From a virus (taxonomy: Duplodnaviria; Caudoviricetes), in the IMG/VR virus record IMGVR_UViG_3300005518_000004, positions 1,869 to 65,868 of that record: 64,000 bases of DNA; one strand, given 5' to 3'. The position numbers and the translations under genes are program-made. Below, piece by piece: positions 1 to 8,349 of the stretch (the stretch's first letter is position 1; every line of letters starts with the position of its first letter). The notes below the pieces were generated by a model. That model did no database searches. It worked only from the letters and a program-made list of their open reading frames with translations, and was not told where the DNA came from.

Positions 1-724
1 TCGTAAGATGCTCGGCAAATAGCTGGTCGTACTCCGGCGTCCCCGGAAAGCACCCATACTTGCTGAAGAAGTATTCCCTATTATGGGCGGCGTTCTGCTC
101 GATCCGCAGCTTCTCCCCCTTATCCGCTGACTTGATCGTGGCCGATCCATGATGCAGAAACGGTATGCTCAAACAGACGGCTTTGATACCCCGCCGATGC
201 AGCTCCACATGGGCGCAGTTATCCTCGTAGAATGCCCCCACACAGTTCTCATCAAACCCGCCTATCGCCTGCCATGCCGACAGCTTCATCATAAAGCAGG
301 AGAAGTCCGGGTGGGGGCGGGCCGTGATCTCGCTATAGGTCATGTCTTCACCGGGTCGGCGGCTCACACAACTCACTAGTCCCACGTCATGGTTGAGCGC
401 CGCGTACCACTCCAGCTCCTTATAGGTATCGGGCAGCAGCTCAGTGTCGTTGTTGACGATGAGGACGTGCGGTAGGTGCATATAGTTGGCCGACTTCATG
501 ATCTGATTCCACACGTGCGATACCGAGGCTGGCTCTTGGTGGGAGATCGCGGCGACGTGGGGGTTTTGTGCCGCTACCGACCGCAGCCACTGAGCAGTGC
601 TATCCGTCGACGCGTTGTCTACTGCCAGCACCGACACGTAGGGCGCAGTTTGGGCCAGCAGGCTCTTGAGGCAGGCCTTCGACAGCTCCACGTTGTTCCT
701 ACAGGTCATCGCTATCAGATTCAT
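1..724 (-). CDS. GT2 family glycosyltransferase (runs off window; absent from ORF track)
   Basis: Manual translation: MNLIAMTCRNNVELSKACLKSLL...AVDNASTDST...VLIVNNDTE...IGGFDE...FYEDN...FLHHGSAT. Confidence 0.9.
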   Translation of the reverse strand, partial: MNLIAMTCRNNVELSKACLKSLLAQTAPYVSVLAVDNASTDSTAQWLRSVAAQNPHVAAISHQEPASVSHVWNQIMKSANYMHLPHVLIVNNDTELLPDTYKELEWYAALNHDVGLVSCVSRRPGEDMTYSEITARPHPDFSCFMMKLSAWQAIGGFDENCVGAFYEDNCAHVELHRRGIKAVCLSIPFLHHGSATIKSADKGEKLRIEQNAAHNREYFFSKYGCFPGTPEYDQLFAEHLT

Positions 725-932
725 CCCGCCCCCAGTCAGCCCTAGCCTTTTCCTGCTGTCCCTTCTTAATGTCCTTCAGGATGTCAATCACCCGCGACCG
801 CTCCCATGATTGCAAATCATCGGCATACTTCACTGGCCTTTTGAACTCTCTTGTCAGCCAAGCCTCCCGCTGCTTGGAGGTGTTGAAGCCGCAGTCGGCA
901 AACAGCAGCGCGATATATTCTAGCTGGTTCAC
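699..932 (-). CDS. hypothetical protein
   Basis: 77 aa ORF coupled to neighbours by overlaps. Confidence 0.7.
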   Translation of the reverse strand: MNQLEYIALLFADCGFNTSKQREAWLTREFKRPVKYADDLQSWERSRVIDILKDIKKGQQEKARADWGRDESDSDDL

Positions 933-1426
933 TTGATCGCCTCACACCCCAATATCCACCAGTCGCAGCTGATGGAAGCATTTTCGATAGGCCGAAAGTC
1001 AAAGCTCTTGACTGTCTTCCAGCTTGCCACGCCCAGCGCCTTCGCCAGCGTCCTCCCCGTATACAACCACTTATGCCTGTCTGCCTCGTCCCCCATGTAA
1101 GCGCCGTAGAGGTTGACGCAGAAGGTGAAGTCGTCGATCATGTGGGCGATCCAGCGTCGGCATAATAAATTGAGATCAGGAGTTGTTACAATTAAACTCC
1201 CCCCCGGCTGGAGGATGCGGTGGCATTCGCGGATAGCATTATCTAGTTCCCCCAAGCCGAAGTGCTCGATCACATGATGCAGCACAATCATCTCGGCTGA
1301 GCTGTCGGCAAACATGGGCATGTGGTTGCAGTCAGCTACCACGTCGGGGTTCCACTTAGGTTGGATATCGCAATTAGTCCAACCATCCCCAAACTTTCTC
1401 TGGCCGCTGCCCACGTTGAGCTTCAT
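929..1426 (-). CDS. class I SAM-dependent methyltransferase (Methyltransf_11-like)
   Basis: KLNVGSG motif I, NCDI, HHVIEHF, ECHRILQPGG.L. Confidence 0.88.
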   Translation of the reverse strand: MKLNVGSGQRKFGDGWTNCDIQPKWNPDVVADCNHMPMFADSSAEMIVLHHVIEHFGLGELDNAIRECHRILQPGGSLIVTTPDLNLLCRRWIAHMIDDFTFCVNLYGAYMGDEADRHKWLYTGRTLAKALGVASWKTVKSFDFRPIENASISCDWWILGCEAIK

Positions 1427-1518
1427 GGCTTACATACCGGCGATGTATATAGCATGACTAACCCAGAAACTATCCAAACGATGATGGTCCATGTGGTTAA
1501 TAGGAATACTCTCTTCAC
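1423..1518 (-). CDS. 31-aa membrane peptide
   Basis: MKRVFLLTTWTIIVWIVSGLVMLYTSPVCKP; 4-nt start/stop overlaps at both ends. Confidence 0.6.
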   Translation of the reverse strand: MKRVFLLTTWTIIVWIVSGLVMLYTSPVCKP

Positions 1519-2204
1519 TTGGGAAACCCCTGTGCCCTTCTCCTGCCCAGTATCTCTAGCCCTCTGTCGTATCGCTCCTGCGAATTCTGCCGCTTGTAGA
1601 TGTCATCGAATGGCACCGTGGTCCCGATCCAGTGCCGGTGCTCGAACAGCAGATGCCGCGCGTCGACTACCACCCCGTCTCGCCTAGCCTTCTCAGTGAA
1701 CTCGTCGTCCGCATACATCCCTTCGTAATCAGGATGAAACAGATAGCCGTAGCGCTCGTAATACTTACGTGTGAGAAAGCTGTGAGCCATGCAGCGGCGC
1801 CACTCGTCATCGAGGCTGGTCCCTGTCCTCACCTCTACCACGTATTCGCCGTCCAGGTCGGGGATAACTTTGAGTAGCTCGGTGTCCCAGTGAGTGGGCG
1901 GGTATAGGTCGTCGGCTACCTGGATGATGAATTTGCCGGTGGAGGCTGCGGCGGCACAGTTCCACGCATCTACGGCGTTCTGGCGCTTGAAATTTATTTC
2001 TAACTTTGCCGCGTAGAGGGGTGGTATATCTGTGTTGAAGTTATTATTTTGAGCGATGAGGTCGTTAAGATCAATGCACAAAATGTACTCTGTATCATGT
2101 GGTTTATCGCAGGACTCACACCACGCAGTCGCAGCCTTTCGCCATTCGTCAGGCACTCGCGCCGTCGCATGACATAGAGAGAATGTGGGCTGGTTAGCGG
2201 ACAA
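1515..2204 (-). CDS. GT-A/GT2-like glycosyltransferase
   Basis: AWNCAAAASTGKFIIQVADD, YADDEFT, FEHRHW; TTG start at 2204 with GAGGAG SD. Confidence 0.82.
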   Translation of the reverse strand: MSANQPTFSLCHATARVPDEWRKAATAWCESCDKPHDTEYILCIDLNDLIAQNNNFNTDIPPLYAAKLEINFKRQNAVDAWNCAAAASTGKFIIQVADDLYPPTHWDTELLKVIPDLDGEYVVEVRTGTSLDDEWRRCMAHSFLTRKYYERYGYLFHPDYEGMYADDEFTEKARRDGVVVDARHLLFEHRHWIGTTVPFDDIYKRQNSQERYDRGLEILGRRRAQGFPK

Positions 2205-2751
2205 AGATGATGTTCTCCTCGTTCTGCATCGCGGTCTTATAGCCGTTAGGAATCTCCACCCAGGCCCCATCATGCTCCACGCAGATCACCTTAGGAGTAG
2301 CGACCAGCAGCAGATCCCTCATCACGGCCACGCTTGTCCCCTCGGTGTCGATGCTGACCACATCGTAGGGGCCACGCTCCAGCAGATCCAGTATCCTGAG
2401 CGTAGGCACCCAGTAGCGGGCCGAGAATCCCTCGTTGATAAACCGATCTCTGTTGTCGATGCTGGTAGTAGAGTAGGTGCGTGTGTTGTTCCAGAACGGC
2501 TGCATACTGCCATCCCCCACAGCCCCGTGTACCAGATCAATCTTGTCGTTATCCCCATGCCGTGCCAGCAGCGCCTGGAATGCTTCTAGTCCCGGCTCCA
2601 CCATCACCCCCCGCCAGCCGCGCTCGACCAGACACATGGTGTTGGAGTAGTTATAGCCGTCGTAGGCCCCTATGTCCAGGAAGCACCCCGTCTCCATGAA
2701 CTCGACAGCTTTGAGAATGTAATCCTGCTCATCCTTCTGCGAATATTTCAT
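2194..2751 (-). CDS. FkbM family methyltransferase
   Basis: YSQ, FLDIGAYDG, GW.GVMVEP, SIDTEG, ICVEH. Confidence 0.9.
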   Translation of the reverse strand: MKYSQKDEQDYILKAVEFMETGCFLDIGAYDGYNYSNTMCLVERGWRGVMVEPGLEAFQALLARHGDNDKIDLVHGAVGDGSMQPFWNNTRTYSTTSIDNRDRFINEGFSARYWVPTLRILDLLERGPYDVVSIDTEGTSVAVMRDLLLVATPKVICVEHDGAWVEIPNGYKTAMQNEENIIFVR

Positions 2752-3050
2752 CCCTTTAAGTTCTCCCCTGCTATTAGCTTCCCGCTACTGGTCTTGTAAA
2801 TTGCCGGGTGCTCATCTGTAGCAGAAACAACCAGCGTGTACTCGTCAGGAGAAGGAGGCAACGGCATCCAATGCGTGGGCTTCAGAGCATTCTGAACGAC
2901 TGGCGTCAGCGCGGGGTCTATATTAGTCCAACATTCCCCATGCCAGTACAGCACCGTGGGGATACCGAACTGACCTATACTGTTCTTCCATGCGCACAGA
3001 ACCCAAGTGCCATCGCGGGGTGCAGTTTCTATTGGTTGCCAAACCGTCAT
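2748..3050 (-). CDS. DUF551-like phage protein
   Basis: WQPIETAPRDGT...PTHWMPLPP. Confidence 0.8.
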   Translation of the reverse strand: MTVWQPIETAPRDGTWVLCAWKNSIGQFGIPTVLYWHGECWTNIDPALTPVVQNALKPTHWMPLPPSPDEYTLVVSATDEHPAIYKTSSGKLIAGENLKG

Positions 3051-3694
3051 CCTTTTATCCTCTGTATGCTCAGCAGCGTCCCCTCCCCCTCCTGCCCACC
3101 CTCGGCGATCCACATGGGCGGCTGGGTGAGATTCATCCGCAGCCGCCAAGCGATGATGGAGGCCGCAGTCTGGTCATGGCGGTGGGCGATGAAGCTGGGA
3201 TCAGCCGACCCAGCCTCGTCAAATACCCCCTTCAGTCCCATCCCCGCCCAATGAAACAGAAACTCTAGGGCAAACTCCCGAGTCAGCCCGAACGCGGACG
3301 CAATGACGTGGGGGATGTGGTTGAGTTGATCCCTACTCAGCCCTACCAGCCGCGCCGCTTGGTCGCTACAGAATGGCCCCGTCATCAGGTCATAGTTGGC
3401 GCTCATCCAATACCCCTGCTGCTCGATCAGCTCCCACAGCGGCGTCAATTCAGCCAACGGCACGATCGAGGAATCCGCCCACAGCATCGTATCTATCCCC
3501 AGCCTCACAGCTTCCGTCAGCGCCGCCACCTTGAACCCATAGGGCACCATCTCGTGACTAGGGGAATCGGGGGGTAGTTCCTCAGACCAGAAAATAAACT
3601 CGGACCTTTCGTTTAAATTCAACAACGCTTGGTTGAGCCGCTTCTGCCCGATCAGGTAGTTGCCGCCAGTAGCTACATTGACGATAGCCCTCAC
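3047..3694 (-). CDS. GT-A fold nucleotide-sugar transferase-like protein
   Basis: YGFK..AL, LWADSS (DxD-like), HRHDQT; GTG start overlaps upstream stop. Confidence 0.7.
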   Translation of the reverse strand: MRAIVNVATGGNYLIGQKRLNQALLNLNERSEFIFWSEELPPDSPSHEMVPYGFKVAALTEAVRLGIDTMLWADSSIVPLAELTPLWELIEQQGYWMSANYDLMTGPFCSDQAARLVGLSRDQLNHIPHVIASAFGLTREFALEFLFHWAGMGLKGVFDEAGSADPSFIAHRHDQTAASIIAWRLRMNLTQPPMWIAEGGQEGEGTLLSIQRIKG

Positions 3695-4221
3695 GCCTTC
3701 CACCTCATCAGCCCCAGCCCATGTGCCTCCCGCGAATGGTCCACAAACTCCCATTGGGGGTTGGCCTTGCAGTAGTCGAGAATAGCCACCGTCATGTGGT
3801 TGCCTAGCCCGAACATCCAAGTGTCGTGGAAGATCCATAGCGTCTGGGGGCCAGCGAACCGTGACCAGATCGGTAGCTCCAATTCCATGTGTTCGTAGGT
3901 GTGGATGGTGTCGATGAAGATGATATCGGCAGAGTGGTCGGGTATAAGCTCGGCTACCTTGATAGCGGTAGATGGGGCTTCCGACGGCCCGCAGATAAAG
4001 TGCCAGTAGCTATCCGGCACCTCCTCCACCCCCTCCGGCCTGATATCGACGCCAATGTGCATCTTCACCTCAGCCGCCGACCGCTTCAGCCCCCGGGCAA
4101 ATGCTCTGGTCGAACCAGCCCCCGTTCCCACGCCGACCTCGATAATGATCCCGGCCTTCGACGCAGCCTCCTCCATGAACGGCATGTGGTAGGCGATATC
4201 CGACTGATCCGGCAGACTCAT
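3691..4221 (-). CDS. class I SAM methyltransferase (Methyltransf_24-like)
   Basis: IIEVGVGTG, GVDI, DIIFIDTIHTYE, IFHDT. Confidence 0.88.
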   Translation of the reverse strand: MSLPDQSDIAYHMPFMEEAASKAGIIIEVGVGTGAGSTRAFARGLKRSAAEVKMHIGVDIRPEGVEEVPDSYWHFICGPSEAPSTAIKVAELIPDHSADIIFIDTIHTYEHMELELPIWSRFAGPQTLWIFHDTWMFGLGNHMTVAILDYCKANPQWEFVDHSREAHGLGLMRWKA

Positions 4222-4421
4222 ATATCATTCCATTTATCCAGCTTGAGCCTATTATCTTCGTCGTCCAGCACCACAACGGTTTGGCCTGCGCGTAAGAGAA
4301 TATTGATGACGGTTACCTGTGATACTTCCCACGTGAGAAAATAAAAGGCCGATATGTCGCGCAGATCAACAAACACACTTGCCCCACCGTGGGCCTTCAG
4401 CTGGACTTTTAGGCCGTTCAT
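4218..4421 (-). CDS. hypothetical protein
   Basis: 67 aa, ATGA-coupled. Confidence 0.6.
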   Translation of the reverse strand: MNGLKVQLKAHGGASVFVDLRDISAFYFLTWEVSQVTVINILLRAGQTVVVLDDEDNRLKLDKWNDI

Positions 4422-5077
4422 TCGTATACCACTCCCTCCACCCGCTTCTTATGCTCATGCCCCGGACTCAGCTGGCCGTCGGTCTGTGTGATGCCAGTAT
4501 CCAGCACCACATGTGGCCATACCGCCCCCACCTTATAGCCGTCCGCGCGTATCTTCTGGCAGAAGGCGTGGTCCTCGCTCTGGCCGACGCCGGGGGCGCC
4601 CGACTCCTCTAGTGGGCCGTAGGTATCCCAAATACCCCATCGCATCAGCCACGAAGTGCCGGCGACCGCGCCATATTCATTGACCTCTCCTTGGTGATTT
4701 ATTACTTGGTGGTATGGATGGTTCTGCCCTCCTACTAATACATACTGCGGATCGACATCATCTGCTAGCTTTGTCAGCTTCTGTGACCAATCTTCGGTAA
4801 AAAAGACATCATTGTCCGACATATACAGCCAGTCGCCGCGACCGAAGTAGTGCTCGCTCCAATACACCCCCAGATTCTTGATCTTGCTCACCACCCCGTT
4901 GGATCGACCTATCCGCAGCACGCAGGCATTAGGTGACTCTACCTCAAGCACGTCATCGCTTTGGTCGTCTACTAGGGTGAGGTTAAAGCTGCCGGGAGGA
5001 GTGTGGGAGTAGAGGCTGACCACAGCTTGGCGCGTGAGGTTGGGGCGATTCCTGGCTATCATGACGACGTTGATCAT
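4418..5077 (-). CDS. GT2 family glycosyltransferase
   Basis: LVDDQS, YMSDNDVFF, SEDHAFC. Confidence 0.88.
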   Translation of the reverse strand: MINVVMIARNRPNLTRQAVVSLYSHTPPGSFNLTLVDDQSDDVLEVESPNACVLRIGRSNGVVSKIKNLGVYWSEHYFGRGDWLYMSDNDVFFTEDWSQKLTKLADDVDPQYVLVGGQNHPYHQVINHQGEVNEYGAVAGTSWLMRWGIWDTYGPLEESGAPGVGQSEDHAFCQKIRADGYKVGAVWPHVVLDTGITQTDGQLSPGHEHKKRVEGVVYE

Positions 5078-5778
5078 ATACGTAGGGGTAGCTCATCTCT
5101 GAAGTTGTCATACAACCAGACGTGGGGCTCCCGGTGGTCGTCTTCCACGGTCTTCCCCTGCTTCCTCAGCATCTCCGCATACTCCACCCCCGTCGACGTC
5201 CCACCCCCATGATGGTGGCAGCGTATCCCCTGCATCTTCACCTTCCACCCCAGACGCGCCGCCATGAGACACAAATAGAGGTCGTAGCAGTGGAAGCCAA
5301 ACGGAAAGCCATGCCACCCCCCGATCAGATCGAGGAAGCTAGTCCGCGCGACGATAGCGAATCCATCGACTACGGCTACGTCCTTCACCCCTGTCTCCCT
5401 TACCCCATGCACCTCCCAGTCCACCTGATTGGAGGCATAGTTGATGCGCTGCAACTGCTCGATACGGTATGGCGTCTTATAGATGTCGTCCACCGCCAGC
5501 CCGGTAGCTCCCCCAAACCCCAGGATGGCTAGCTTGGGATCTTTGTCAAACAGATGACGTACTGCTAGTGGCTCCAGTATCTCCAGATCATCATGCAGGA
5601 ACGCAATAACCTCATGGTCCATGCTAAACGTCTCATAGAGCGTCTGATAGGCCTTCACCATGCCCACGTTCTCGGGGAAGTTGGAGTAGCAGTCGAGATC
5701 TAGCAGCGTACACAGCCCCATCCACTTCAGCCACTGATCCTGCTTGTCCTTGGATGTGCTAGCTGTTACCGCTATCAC
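5074..5778 (-). CDS. GT2-like glycosyltransferase
   Basis: FLHDDL, VAVVDG, FHCYDLYLCL, HHHGGGTS. Confidence 0.82.
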   Translation of the reverse strand: MIAVTASTSKDKQDQWLKWMGLCTLLDLDCYSNFPENVGMVKAYQTLYETFSMDHEVIAFLHDDLEILEPLAVRHLFDKDPKLAILGFGGATGLAVDDIYKTPYRIEQLQRINYASNQVDWEVHGVRETGVKDVAVVDGFAIVARTSFLDLIGGWHGFPFGFHCYDLYLCLMAARLGWKVKMQGIRCHHHGGGTSTGVEYAEMLRKQGKTVEDDHREPHVWLYDNFRDELPLRI

Positions 5779-6910
5779 GCTTCAACCCTTTCCTCACCCA
5801 CTTCTTCCATACCTTCACCAGCTTCGGCCAGTCCAGATGCTCCACCTGCCGCTCCTCCTCGCCCCCACCCCTATCTATCGCCGACCGTAGCGCTTGGGCC
5901 ACATCCGCCGCCTCATATATAGCGCGCCTGACGTTGTGCGGCGTCTCAATCCTGAACGCCTTTGCCGCCACCTTCCAATGCCAGAAGTCCGACTGCGCCC
6001 CATATGCCCCCGTGACTACTGGCACCCCGCAGCTCATACTCTCGACTACGGGATAGCAGAACCCCTCTCCCCCTGAGATGACTAGAGTAGCGTCACAGGC
6101 CGAGTACAGTGCCGCCATCTCCTTATCCGACCGCTCCCCGATATCCGCCACCACCCGATCCGCCACCCCATACTCAAACGCCAGTGCCTGGAGGTTCCAG
6201 CCATGAATCACTCGATCCGTATGCGCCCACAAGATAGCGTTCGGTATCAAGCTCACCGCCTCGATCACGGTGGGCCAGTGCTTGCGATCCTGGTTGGACA
6301 TGCAGCAGCCGATGAGGGGGGCCACAACGTCTACACCCAATATGCTTCTGCCATATTCCTTGTCTACTGGCTTGAACACGCTACGGTTGATGCCGTGCGG
6401 TATCCAGTCGATATCGGGGTGGTTGGTGACGGTGCGGGCCGTGATGTCATAGGCCCACTTGGATGCCAGACACACGCGATCATAGCGCGCCATCACCGAG
6501 GCCGTCTCATACGGCAGCATTCCCGGTGATGGCCCCTCCGCGTCCTGCATGAAATACCCCCAGCGTTTGAATCTGCCAGAGGTTAGGAATTTTTGCAGCT
6601 TCTCAGGCATTCCCTCGCTGGGATTGGTGAACCATAGGAGCCGGGTGGCGTCCCAGATCGTGAAGATGATGCCTTCTCTGCCGGCGCTTAGATCGCCCCA
6701 TGCCTCGGCGATCTTGTGCTCCCCCCACCCGCCACGGAAGCTGTATTGCGCCCAAGGAAACTTAGCCCGCCCCGTAGCTTCCCTCCCTAGGTAGCCGACA
6801 TGGAACTCGGGCATCGACGACAGCAGCCAGGCGAGGTCATGGCCGATGCGACCTAGGCCATTATGTAAGTCAGGACTATCCCCTAGGATCAGCAGTGGGG
6901 TGGCGCTCAT
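5759..6910 (-). CDS. GT4 (GT-B fold) glycosyltransferase
   Basis: IPHGIN, NQDRK, LYSACD, EGFCYPVVESMSCGVPVV (E-X7-E). Confidence 0.92.
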   Translation of the reverse strand: MSATPLLILGDSPDLHNGLGRIGHDLAWLLSSMPEFHVGYLGREATGRAKFPWAQYSFRGGWGEHKIAEAWGDLSAGREGIIFTIWDATRLLWFTNPSEGMPEKLQKFLTSGRFKRWGYFMQDAEGPSPGMLPYETASVMARYDRVCLASKWAYDITARTVTNHPDIDWIPHGINRSVFKPVDKEYGRSILGVDVVAPLIGCCMSNQDRKHWPTVIEAVSLIPNAILWAHTDRVIHGWNLQALAFEYGVADRVVADIGERSDKEMAALYSACDATLVISGGEGFCYPVVESMSCGVPVVTGAYGAQSDFWHWKVAAKAFRIETPHNVRRAIYEAADVAQALRSAIDRGGGEEERQVEHLDWPKLVKVWKKWVRKGLKRDSGNS

Positions 6911-7146
6911 GACTTGGCGGCGGCTTTCGATTTGAGTTTGCGCTTTGACTTAGACGTGTTGGCTTGTATGCGTCGAAGCATAGAGGGAATCATCTGGAAG
7001 TTGGGGCATAGGAGCAGATTGTTCAAGCGCTGCAACTCGTCACGAATATCCATAAGGATGGCTAGTTGTATCCACTCTGGGGTAAATCCATCATCCCTTT
7101 TCCATAGCCTCCAATCGACATTCTTAGGGCGCTCCACAAGATTCAT
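6907..7146 (-). CDS. hypothetical protein
   Basis: Start MNLVERPK overlaps upstream stop (ATGA). Confidence 0.65.
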   Translation of the reverse strand: MNLVERPKNVDWRLWKRDDGFTPEWIQLAILMDIRDELQRLNNLLLCPNFQMIPSMLRRIQANTSKSKRKLKSKAAAKS

Positions 7147-7322
7147 ATCGGTGCCCCAGCTTCCTTCAGCAGCCTCTCCACCTTGCCCCCCTTGGACTTC
7201 CTCCGACCACGGATCACAAGGTAGACGAATTGAGGCGTCACCTTGGCCCGCTCGGCGATCTTGGTCATGGTGCCACGATTCGCCGCCTGCCACATCAGCA
7301 CCTTCATATTAGGGGTCGCCAT
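7143..7322 (-). CDS. Cro-like HTH DNA-binding protein
   Basis: TMTKIAERAKVTPQFVYLVIRGRR. Confidence 0.75.
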   Translation of the reverse strand: MATPNMKVLMWQAANRGTMTKIAERAKVTPQFVYLVIRGRRKSKGGKVERLLKEAGAPI

Positions 7323-7324
7323 GA

Positions 7325-7573
7325 TTATCTTCGTTCTAACGCGAATACAAGGCGCTTCAGGAGGCTGACGGCATGCCAAGCTGGAACATAGTAACGCCAT
7401 GCTAGATCCTCCCAATCCCAGTTTGGGTCAGAGCCAGCTGGCGGTATGCCCGTCTCCACATAGCTGTTTATGGCTTCTATCGTCTTTTCGTGAGCGGCAA
7501 ACTTTGAAGATGTGCCAGCGCCGAATACCTTGGCCAAATCATCGAATTCAGGTGGTGTAATTTTTTTAGCCAT
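7325..7573 (-). CDS. hypothetical protein
   Basis: 82 aa, directly downstream of a promoter-like sequence. Confidence 0.65.
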   Translation of the reverse strand: MAKKITPPEFDDLAKVFGAGTSSKFAAHEKTIEAINSYVETGIPPAGSDPNWDWEDLAWRYYVPAWHAVSLLKRLVFALERR

Positions 7574-7575
7574 TG

Positions 7576-7778
7576 GAGGTTTAATTTTAACCTACTTGGA
7601 GAAGGTTGCAAGCAGGAAAAATATGAACGCTAGCCAAGACCAAGGGAATCCGGCTCCAAACAGTAGCTCTTTGGAGAACTCCGAGAGCATGTAGAACTCC
7701 AAGCGTATTTTTTCCCTGTTCATGAGGTTTAATTTTAACCTATTGACAATATCCGCGCAATAGGTTAATTTTAAACAT
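7576..7778. promoter_or_regulatory. Regulatory block: two leftward promoters, one rightward promoter and three palindromic boxes
   Basis: GAGGTTTAATTTTAACCTA exact repeat at 7576-7594 and 7724-7742; inverted copy at 7761-7778; minus TTGCGC-17-TAAAAT and TTGCAA-16-TAAAAT; plus TTGACA(7743)-17-TAATTT(7766). Confidence 0.75.
7592..7723 (-). CDS. 43-aa membrane protein
   Basis: MNREKIRLEF...FPWSWLAFIFFLLATFSK; ATG 8 nt after TAAAAT. Confidence 0.55.
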   Translation of the reverse strand: MNREKIRLEFYMLSEFSKELLFGAGFPWSWLAFIFFLLATFSK

Positions 7779-7848
7779 CTGCTTTTCCCAAAGGCAGGTT
7801 GCTGATCCTCTGTCACCGTGGCGAGGGGGCTGATTCCCACATCCAGTC

Positions 7849-8349
7849 TCAGTCCTCCTCGCCCCTTTTTTCCTCCCGTCTAGTATTCACCAGCTTCCGC
7901 TCCACAAATGCCTTCCCCGTCTTGACTGATTTGGCAATCACCGCCGCCTTCACCCCGTTCTCCAGCAGCAGCTCCCGGCTGAGAGACTTCCGACCTTCTG
8001 CTTGTCTTTCGTAAAACACCCAATCCAAGTAGCGAATCCCCTTCTGCCTCACCTCGCGCTGCAACTCCCCGAGTGCCACCTTCAGCTCCTCCAGCCGCGT
8101 CTGGTTCTGCTGGATGAGCGCCGCCAGTATCTCGGCTTCCTCAAACAGACCAACCACGTAGAGCGCCTTATCCGGGCTCAGAATTTCCCTGGGGTCGGGC
8201 AGCTCGTCGTACTTTATGCTGCTTTTGCCCAGCGCGTCATGATGCTTCCCTCGGTTTTGATCGGCACCCTGCATCTCAATTCCCCGCTTTCGTCCACCAG
8301 CGCCCGCTCCATCTCCCATCTGCACACCTCCTCCACTTCCTCCGCCCAC
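7849..8349 (-). CDS. hypothetical coiled-coil protein (true start probably near 8215-8275)
   Basis: Protein-like from KYDELPDP onward; the N-terminal part overlaps the polymerase gene. Confidence 0.65.
   Translation of the reverse strand: MGGGSGGGVQMGDGAGAGGRKRGIEMQGADQNRGKHHDALGKSSIKYDELPDPREILSPDKALYVVGLFEEAEILAALIQQNQTRLEELKVALGELQREVRQKGIRYLDWVFYERQAEGRKSLSRELLLENGVKAAVIAKSVKTGKAFVERKLVNTRREEKRGEED

Noticed and set aside
7576-7778. CRISPR mini-array
   Set aside because: Only two 19-bp direct copies 148 nt apart, each forming a promoter element; no cas genes. The 14125 nuclease sits in a recombination module.
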